Positions 54,981 through 64,000 of a stretch of DNA of 64,000 bases are shown here, in pieces. The translations under genes were made by a program, and so were the position numbers. Source of the stretch: Octopus vulgaris (Eukaryota). How positions within the stretch are numbered: position 1 is the stretch's first letter; each line of letters starts with the position of its first letter. The stretch covers positions 36,518,001 through 36,582,000 of the forward strand of contig OX597819.1 in NCBI GenBank assembly GCA_951406725.2, given 5' to 3'. The notes below the pieces were generated by a model. The model did no database searches. It saw nothing but the letters and a program-made list of their open reading frames with translations, and was not told the origin of the DNA.

Positions 54981-55611
54981 AAGGCAATCAAAAAATGCAA
55001 TGACCGTTGAACAAAGGGAAATTAATATGTGAATGACCGTTAGTAAGACAAAAGAGCTATTAGAATGACCGTTAAATAAAGGGGAAAAACGTGTGTGCGC
55101 GCGTATGTGGACATGTATATGTATACATCGTGTGAGTGTGTGTGCGGGTATGTATATGTACATGTGTATGGTTGTATATATATGTGGGTGTACATGCATG
55201 TTTCACGAGAGTGTGAGTGAGCATATGCATATATAGCATGTGCGTATTTTAGACGTGTATTTGAATATAATTGTGTGCGCACGTGTGTGTGCGGATATGT
55301 ATATGTGTACATGCATGGTTGCATATATATGTGCATATATAGACGTATGTGTGGGTGTGCATGTGTGTTTCACGTGAGTGTGATTAAGCACATGCATATA
55401 GGTACATGTACGTGGGGGTACGTATACGCATATGTATGTACATGTGCGCATACGCGGTTTCTATGAGCATTTTTACTTTTTTACTTTCTCGCCTTCGGTT
55501 TCCCCCTTATTTAACGGTCATTCTAATAGCTCTTTTGTCTTAATAACGGTCAATCACATAGTAATTTCCCTTTGTTTAACGGTCATTTTCGTAGCATTTT
55601 TTTATTGTCTT

Positions 55612-55672
55612 GATAACTGACGAGATGCCGGAGCAAATATCCGCCCCGACATCCGAAATTCAGAGTTTTATT
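55612..55672 (+). ncRNA. Hammerhead ribozyme motif (right arm)
   Basis: GAUAA-CUGACGA-GAUGCCGG..CCGACAUC-C-GAAA-UUCAGAG-UU-UUAUU. Confidence 0.7.
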
Positions 55673-56152
55673 ATGGCAACCGAATAATTATCACATATTA
55701 TACATACATATAATTTTGAAATGTATTATTATTACATCTTTTATTAGTAAAATTTCACTCGGTTTCTTTATTAATTTCTTCGGATGTACAATAAACATAT
55801 TCATTAGGTATAAAAACAGGCATTTTGTATAAAAATTTCATATTTTTTAATTACGTTTTTTAAACATTAATTCAGTTTCTTCGGAGAGATGAAAACATCA
55901 GTTCGACGTATCAAATCAAACAGAGGAAAATGTAATTCCTTAACAATTAGGTAAATAGAATCGAGATAAATAGATTTCATTTATAAGTCAACATAATCTC
56001 ATAATAAGGAACTCGTTTCAAATTCGACATGTAAAAATTCTTGAAACAGTACCTGAATAATTGGTGGGAGAGGGAAGTATTCCAAGAAATACATTTGTAA
56101 AAACAGTTATATAGCCAAGTTATATACATATTTTTTTCCTTGAATTACCGTA

Positions 56153-56371
56153 ATATTGGTTTCAAATCTTGGCACAAGGCCAGCGAGTTCGAGGGAGTGG
56201 GTAAGTCAATTACATTGACCCCAGTGCTCAACTGGTACTTATTTTATCAACCCCGAAGGGATGAAAGGCAAAGTCGACTGCGGCAGAACTTCAACTCAGA
56301 ACGTAAAGACTGATGAAATGCCTATAAGCAATTTTCTCGGCGTGTTAAAGATTCTGCCAGCTCGCTGCCTT
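56153..56371 (-). mobile_element. SINE family A
   Basis: Full head and core. Confidence 0.88.
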
Positions 56372-56737
56372 GAATCATCATAATATTGGCTGAACTATAA
56401 CCGGATAAAATATAATTTTCAGAAACATGACGAATAGACGGAATGAAATAAACCACAACAGACCAAAAATATTAATTTTGTTATAGATATTAAATATTTA
56501 CTTCTTCACCGAATCTAATTTACAGATTAGAAATGTTAATATTGTCAATCGGTAGAAAAATAGATTCAGTGATCAATATTAAATCAAAAGTTTCTGATTT
56601 TCCTTCCTCCCTCTTCATTTATAGAGGAACATAAAAATATATATACGATGCGATAATAAAGCACGAATGTATTTGTTCATCGAAGCTATACAGTTGTTCA
56701 TTTGATTTGTTCGAATGAGAGTCGTTTATAAAGAAAT

Positions 56738-56945
56738 TTATTGTATTTTGCCTAGCGGTGAGTGATGTAGGGTACAGGTGGCAGCCAGGGATCCGTATCT
56801 TGGAGAATTGGATGGTGGATAGGTTGTGGTTAGTATATGATCATGGAACATGACGTCATAGTTGCTACTTGTCGATGGAGCGTCACTTCGAGGTGAGCCA
56901 AACATTGAACATGGTGTCGGGATTGCGTAGTGAGAGAGCATCGAA
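56738..56945 (-). CDS. Candidate terminal coding exon (SMLSHYAIPTPCSMFGSPRS..HHSPLGKIQ*), product unknown
   Basis: Very strong acceptor ttttttctgtttttctttttcag; GC-elevated 68-codon frame ending TAA; phase matches 60928-61032. Confidence 0.45.
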
Positions 56946-57222
56946 CTGAAAAAGAAAAACAGAAAAAAAAAATCAAATCGTGTAAAGAGAAACATAACTG
57001 TAAATTAATGGAATATTTTCATGCAATGTTACTAGAGCTTATGGTTTCAACAAACACATAAATGTTTCTTTCCGTATTCTATTTTTAACACAACATTCAG
57101 ATAACATTCAGTTTATCTAATGAATATTTGGTAGATGATTGTTACTGTTTAGTTCCAAGGTAATCCTGACTTACTTGACTTCCCTAAATTCTTTTACATA
57201 AGACATACATACAAACACTTAT

Positions 57223-57450
57223 GCGGCGAGTTGGCAGAAACGTTACCGTGCCGGGCGAAATGCTTAGCGGTATTTCGTCTGTCATTACGTTCTGAGTTCA
57301 AATTCCGCCGAGGTCGTCTTTGCCTTTCATCCTTTCGGGTTCGATAAATTAAGTACCAGTTACACACTGGGGTCGATATAATCGACTTAATCCGTCTGCC
57401 TGTTCTTGTTTGTCCTCTGTGTTTAGCCCCTTGTGGGCAGTAAAGAAATA
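57223..57450 (+). mobile_element. SINE family A, monomer
   Basis: Head, core and GTGGGCAGTAAAGAAATA tail. Confidence 0.92.
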
Positions 57451-57902
57451 AATTAACTGTAAAATCTCATAAGTGATTCAGGCGCCAAAATTTCGTGCGT
57501 TGCACTTATTTGAGGCATCCGATTATGAGTAACTTTACAGTTGAATAAAAATAAGAATACATGCCTTACTTTCGGATATTGAGTTATTTTTCTCCTATAT
57601 GTTCAACAGAACACATACACATATAGATAGAAGGATAGGTAGAGGGACAGACAGAGACAGATAGATGGACAGGAAGTCAAATAGGTTGATATACAGATAG
57701 AAAAACAGACAGTTAGAAAAACAGACAGATAGATAGATGAATAGACAGATAAACAGATAGAGAGAAAGAGGAAGAGAGAGAAAAATTATGAGAAACCTTT
57801 GTTGTTTCAGGGTTTGTCCTGTATATCAATGCTTTTAAAAACAAGACATCGAATTAACCACTTAAAGAGACTGTATATAATCGATTCAGTTCACTTTGTA
57901 AA

Positions 57903-58211
57903 TTGTTGTTGTTTGTTCCTTCTCGAGCCACGTCTGGCTCATAAGGGCCGGTTTCCCGGTTTCTTGACGTATAGATTCCCCACATGGACGGGATGCCGGT
58001 CCATCGCAGGTGAGCTGCGAGATGCAGGAGGAAAGAGTGAGAGAAAGTTGTGGCGAAAAAGTCAGCAGAAGCTCGCCATTACCTTCTGCCGGAGCCGCGT
58101 GGAGCTTAGGTGTTTCGCTCATAAACACACACATCGCCCGGTCTAAGATTCGAACCCGCGACCTCTCGACCGCGAGTCCGCTGCTCAAACCACTAGGCCA
58201 TGTGCCTCCAC
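57903..58211 (-). mobile_element. tRNA-derived SINE family D, full length
   Basis: TGGCCTAGTGG A box, GGTTCGAATC B box, (CAA)n tail. Confidence 0.88.
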
Positions 58212-58329
58212 ACTTTTTAAATTGCTGGTACATATTTCATTCATCGTAAGAAGGAGGAAAAGAGAAGTAGGCCTTGGTCACATTTGAACGCTATACACTC
58301 GTAAATGAAGATGATCTCCATTCGCTTAC

Positions 58330-58800
58330 AGATAAGAGTTTCTATAAGCGGTACCATTCTGAGTCACACTGCACACTTCTTCCCAGGTGACACCCATCTC
58401 GATCAAATCTTCCTATACAAGTGCTTTGCCACTTCATCCGCCTGCTCGTCTTTTTCCTTCCTTTTTCAACTACTCGTTTGACGGCTGTCCATGTCAGTTC
58501 TCCAACGGTTGGCGCAATACATTGGCGCAAATAAATTCTTTATCTAGCTGCGATGGTGTCCTGCAGTTTATTTAGGTCAGCTCTTCTCATGATTTCTTCG
58601 TCTAGGATCTGCCAGGTGACCTTCAACATATTTATAAGGTACCGGCGATGAAAAATATTGACCATTTCACAAATCTTGTCTGTTTGCCTTCGTGTAGAAA
58701 TGGCAATAGATGCATATAACGCCTCACGTATCATAAAGCGGGTTTTCGAAAAGAAAAACCTTGAATAGTACGAATACTCACCCATCGCAGTCTGATTGGA
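58330..58800 (-). mobile_element. Decayed RTE-like LINE 3' fragment
   Basis: VNIFHRRYLINMLKVTWQILDEEIMRRADL resembles the RTE F..R.LR.IL.I.W...N.E motif. Confidence 0.65.
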
Positions 58801-59240
58801 AAAAGTCGGGAATTTCAAAAATCACTTATAGTCTCAGCTTTATCGATTGAATCACTCATAGATAAAGCTAAATATAACAAAGTATAGAATCCACTATTCA
58901 ATTGTTACTGATAATTCTTTGGTCTTTCATAATATATATATATATCATTTATATTCTTAAGAGAAAACAGACCACCTGCTCTGTACATCATTCTTTCTAC
59001 GAAATGAAACACACTTTCCTTTATATATGCGATGTGTTATCTATCAAATTAATATAACTCGATTGTGTAAGTTCGAAACAGTGAATTAGAATTTAGAAAT
59101 AAATTCTTAGAAATAAATTATACGATGTATTACTTACGGTATGAAATGTTTAGGATTGCGAAGTGCTGTTCTCTCATCATTGAAATACTGCGAGTGTTGA
59201 GTTAGGATCTGCTACAATAAATAAATAAATAAAAAATACA

Positions 59241-59277
<37 letters not shown>

Positions 59278-59278
59278 A

Positions 59279-59347
<69 letters not shown>

Positions 59348-59784
59348 GAGAGAAAGAGGAGATGAGAGAGAATTATGTGGATAAGCAAATTGAATAAAAC
59401 AGCTTGGGTTTACAATATATATATATATATATGGCCTGCTCGCTTAGCCAGCGGGGTGGTGTCATTCGAAGGCTAAAACAATGCGAACGCATTGTGACCA
59501 GCGATGTGTAATAACATCTGATGGTCTGGTCAGTCACGTGATCACGTGATATATATATATATATATAATATGAATGCATGCGAACAGAAAGAAACCAAAG
59601 AATACAGATTTTCTTTACTCCACGGAATAGGTTCGTTGTAAAGACATCGGAGTCTAAGTTTCGAATCATTTGAGCGCTACAAAGTGTTTTCCATAATGAG
59701 AATCTCCGGATCTCATCTATTGACTCTACACACACACATATATATATGTTTATACACACACACATTTATATATATATATATATA

Positions 59785-60006
59785 CGGTAATCCCTCGACT
59801 ATCGCAGGTGCTACGTTCTAAAATAGCCTGAAATTGCTGATAAGCCGCAAAGTAGAGACAGTACTGAACGATACAAATATTTTTTATTTTTATAATTTGC
59901 ATAAATAATTTTTTATTATAAATGCAAAGCAACATCACGGAGTAATCGACGTAAGTTTAAATAATAAACCGTGATAGGTGAACCGCGATATGGCGAGAGA
60001 TTATTG
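59785..60006. mobile_element. pogo/Tigger-like MITE
   Basis: TIRs CGGTAATCCCTCG..ATCGC / GCGAT..CGAGAGATTATTG, with TA on both sides. Confidence 0.7.
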
Positions 60007-60016
60007 TATGTGCGTG

Positions 60017-60063
<47 letters not shown>

Positions 60064-60070
60064 TAAACGT

Positions 60071-60632
60071 GGCTTATTCGCAATTTACAACCAAAATGCA
60101 GAACTATAAACGTCACTAAAGCGTCTCAGAGTACTAGGTAGCACTAGCATTGCTAGAAATAAGAGTTAAAATAACTCTTAACCATGACAAAGCACTTATT
60201 TTTTGACTGACAAGGGAGGCAAGCTCCTTACAGCTTGTGGGGCATAGCCAGATCACCGGGGATTTTGCATTTGATTAATGCTCCTCAGTCACTCTTACCC
60301 AGCTGCCAAAGGTTAAGCTGGCTCGCCTTGTCAGTTACCGTAGAAATCTTATGCTGATTTCTTAAATGGTAAAAGTGAAATTTATTAATAATAAAGGTGG
60401 TTTTATTCGCAATTTACAACCGAAAGGCAGAAGTACAGACGCCATTAAAATATGTAAGGTTACTAGTTAGCCTTAACATTGCTAGAAATAAGAGTCAAAA
60501 CAACTCTAAGCCACGAAAAAGCACTTATCTTATGACTGACAAGAGTGGGGCGACCTCTATACAACTTCCGGAGCATAGCCAGATCACCAGTGATTTGAAA
60601 TACATGCCACTGGTCCCTCTCAGTTATCTGCT
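60071..60632 (-). repeat. Two diverged ~235-bp direct repeats, PLE pseudo-LTR-like
   Basis: 60071-60310 is similar to 60399-60632 (shared TTATTCGCAATTTACAACC, CATTGCTAGAAATAAGAGT, GCATAGCCAGATCACC). Confidence 0.75.
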
Positions 60633-60648
60633 TTAGCTCAATTTTATT

Positions 60649-60698
<50 letters not shown>

Positions 60699-60927
60699 CA
60701 TACATGCTAATATACAACTACACCATACACACGCCACACTACACAACCACACACACACACAACACTACATACACAACTGTATTTACTAAAAATATAAATG
60801 AAGTCATTTTCCAAAGTTAATCGGTACGTATTGTGCAACCGAATGCATTTATGCAATAAGAAAGAATAAGAAAGAAAACCATTGCTCGGGTGAAGGTGCA
60901 AGTCGATTGCTAAGTTTTTAAACTTAC

Positions 60928-61032
60928 ATCAATACAAGGAGAACGACAAAGCCATGGCAAGAACGAGAACGTGTGATATGTAAAAGAGAAGACAGGCTAA
61001 TGATTTGCGGGACAGCTATCAAAATATATCCA
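60928..61032 (-). CDS. Candidate internal exon (GYILIAVPQIISLSSLLHITRSRSCHGFVVLLVL)
   Basis: Acceptor tttttactgtag, donor GAT|gtaagt, 105 bp, single open frame (phase 2-2). Confidence 0.35.
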
Positions 61033-61394
61033 CTACAGTAAAAATTAGCAATCCAACAAAATAACCCAGTTAAAACAAACGAAAAAGAATTAAATTTAGT
61101 CACTTACATACTAAGCTAATGCTGCAAAAGGAGTGACAAATCTCTTTCCAGTGGAAAGCAATTAGAAAACAGGATTTCTTCTCTATATATCTATACTTGA
61201 ACAACCCCGTAACATTTGATTGAAATTAATCGATTTTATGCACTAAATTTTCGAAATTGATTCTCAAACAGTTGTCTACATAAGCAGTGATTATTGCGTT
61301 ACATGTAAACAGCATTAGCTTAGTATGTAAGTGACTAAATTCAATTGTCTCGATGAAGCAAATTGAATTAAATGTCAATTAAATTATATATGTA

Positions 61395-61610
61395 CAAGGG
61401 AGTGATGAAAAGTTCTTGGCTTTGGGTAAACAAAAACGCAGGAGGATCAGTTAACTATGATTTTATTCAACATATTCTCCTCTCAGATTCACAGAATTAT
61501 TGCAGCGGTCCTTCAGCTTTTCCAAGCCCTGTAAAAGAACTCGGAATGTTGGGCTTCCAGCCAGGCCTTTCACGACACCTTGAAATCCAAGAACTTTTCA
61601 GCAGCTCCCG
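61395..61610. mobile_element. Mariner-type MITE
   Basis: TIRs CAAGGGAGTGATGAAAAGTTCTTGG / CCAAGAACTTTTCAGCAGCTCCCG, with TA flanks. Confidence 0.75.
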
Positions 61611-63266
61611 TATATACCACTAGGCAGACATTCCTATGACCTTTACTTATCATGGCTTCATGCACTTTAACATGTTAAAATGTATATAAGTTCACGTATT
61701 TCGTCAGTAACAATACATCCTTCTCTTTATCTTACATTATCTAAAATACTTCCAAATATATATTTGCTATGGTCGCTTAATGTTAATATTTCTTGCTTCC
61801 TCTCAGTTAAGTTTCATCAAATGTATACGCTACAATGACTGTAGACTGGTAATATTTCTACTTGATGTCAGGTAGAAGGACTAAAATTCAACGAAAAGAA
61901 CACATCTTAACAATTAAGAAAGTAATATCAGAATAAGTTACAACTTTCAAGTATCAACTCGAATATTCGAAATATGAAACAATTGAAAAAGCGTCTATTG
62001 TACAAAATTTCACACGAACGAATAACTTTGAAGTAAATGGTAACTTCCAAGTGTAGCTAATATGTATTTAGAGTGGCAAATATATTGGAAACACTACAGT
62101 CGTATATATTGTGCGAAATTATATTAATGAAATATATTATCTTCATGTAATCTTAAGATATAAACTGACATCTACTTGAATTATACAAGTATTTTTGTAA
62201 GCACTTCAAGTGTGAACGACACTTCTACAATGTGAATGATAGTTTCTTATTCTTGATCTTTTAACCAAAACCTATTTTGCTTCCGTATATACCACTAGGC
62301 AGACATTCCTATGACCTTTACTTATCATGGCTTCATGCACTTTAACATGTTAAAATGTATATAAGTTCACGTATTTCGTCAGTAACAATACATCCTTCTC
62401 TTTATCTTACATTATCTAAAATACTTCCAAATATATATTTGCTATGGTCGCTTAATGTTAATATTTCTTGCTTCCTCTCAGTTAAGTTTCATCAAATGTA
62501 TACGCTACAATGACTGTAGACTGGTAATATTTCTACTTGATGTCAGGTAGAAGGACTAAAATTCAACGAAAAGAACACATCTTAACAATTAAGAAAGTAA
62601 TATCAGAATAAGTTACAACTTTCAAGTATCAACTCGAATATTCGAAATATGAAACAATTGAAAAAGCGTCTATTGTACAAAATTTCACACGAACGAATAA
62701 CTTTGAAGTAAATGGTAACTTCCAAGTGTAGCTAATATGTATTTAGAGTGGCAAATATATTGGAAACACTACAGTCGTATATATTGTGCGAAATTATATT
62801 AATGAAATATATTATCTTCATGTAATCTTAAGATATAAACTGACATCTACTTGAATTATACAAGTATTTTTGTAAGCACTTCAAGTGTGAACGACACTTC
62901 TACAATGTGAATGATAGTTTCTTATTCTTGATCTTTTAACCAAAACCTATTTTGCTTCCGTATATACCACTAGGCAGACATTCCTATGACCTTTACTTAT
63001 CATGGCTTCATGCACTTTAACATGTTAAAATGTATATAAGTTCACGTATTTCGTCAGTAACAATACATCCTTCTCTTTATCTTACATTATCTAAAATACT
63101 TCCAAATATATATTTGCTATGGTCGCTTAATGTTAATATTTCTTGCTTCCTCTCAGTTAAGTTTCATCAAATGTATACGCTACAATGACTGTAGACTGGT
63201 AATATTTCTACTTGATGTCAGGTAGAAGGACTAAAATTCAACGAAAAGAACACATCTTAACAATTA
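61608..63266. repeat. Tandem repeat of a 675-bp unit, about 2.5 apparently identical copies
   Basis: CCGTATATACCACTAGGCAG at 61608, 62283 and 62958; third copy stops at 63266. Confidence 0.97.
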
Positions 63267-63365
63267 TACCAACACCATCATGACTACAGCTACTACTACT
63301 ACTAACTCAATACTTTACTGTATAGCGCAAAGTCTGGTATTTCCAAAATGCTAATATTTATCAAG

Positions 63366-63796
63366 GAATCTTTTCGGTTTGAACAACAGTTTTTAACATA
63401 ATTTCTAGGTAACTAAAAAATTTTAAACTTCGTATACTGGTAGAATGTGTTTATAAAACATCTTTTTCTCTTGGCTTTATTGAGAAAATTCTATAGTTTG
63501 TAAGATATTTGTTGTTTTTTCTTCAATTTCGGCAATTTCAACCAATCAGTGTCGTCTATTGAGGTAAAAAAACATTCTGTGCCGTATGAACATGTCCCTC
63601 GTTTAAGAAACAGACTGGGTTTATTTACATTTGTGAAGAAAAAAATATACCCTTCCCCCACCCCTAACCCTAACCCTAACTAACCCTAACCCTAAAACAG
63701 ATAGAGATGCAATAGACAGATACTAGGGTCATAATTATGGGTGACAATTTCATATGACACCGCTAGAAAAAACTGCCGGTCAAACCGAAAAGATCC
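63366..63796 (+). mobile_element. GGATC-TIR MITE, full length, with internal (CCCTAA)n
   Basis: TIRs at both ends; 8-bp TSD TTATCAAG. Confidence 0.92.
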
Positions 63797-64000
63797 TTAT
63801 CAAGCTGTCATACTTCAATACGTCTTTTATTATGTTTCTTCCTTAAAACTACTTATATAATAATAAGTTGCAACAGTTATGCATTCAGACATACAAATAA
63901 AAGTGATTTAAGTAAAAAGTAACCAAAAGTAGAAAAAAAGAAAGCTTGTGGTGAGTACAAGGGGTAAATTCTAAAATATTTTATCAAATCGTATTTCAGT

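Larger units (their letters stand above)
54822..55701. mobile_element. Non-autonomous PLE-like foldback element, ~200-bp inverted arms around a TG-rich spacer
   Basis: 54892-55088 is the reverse complement of 55498-55701. Confidence 0.8.

Noticed and set aside
62236-62290. Reverse-transcribed intron lariat junction as origin of the 675-bp unit
   Set aside because: The putative 5' GT lies downstream of the putative branch point, and the branch A would be only 6 nt from the AG.
63662-63694. True telomere or chromosome end
   Set aside because: The tract is short and internal to a MITE with intact TIRs and TSD.

Overview
Eukaryotic, AT-rich, microsatellite-dense DNA. The SINE repertoire looks like an octopus/cephalopod genome (recognised from memory, not searched). 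No complete gene is visible, and every long ORF in the track comes from simple or tandem repeats. The window is a mosaic of four or five tRNA-derived SINE families, decayed LINE fragments (RTE, Tx1/L1, R4/Dong-like, HERO-like, probably CR1), Tc1/mariner remnants, MITEs, a Helitron-like element, a 3.2 kb 75-bp satellite and a few candidate exons. The strongest theme is Penelope-like element (PLE) biology. There is a PLE GIY-YIG endonuclease fragment and about ten minimal hammerhead-ribozyme-like motifs in at least four non-coding families. These include a tRNA-headed element carrying an intact-looking hammerhead (33350-33633) and a foldback family with a hammerhead in each arm (54822-55701). 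Also notable are a satellite born from a SINE tail, a 675-bp tandem unit containing a 48-bp piece identical to a site 16 kb upstream, and a MITE carrying telomeric repeats. Boundaries were read by eye and are approximate unless TIRs, TSDs or splice sites are cited.
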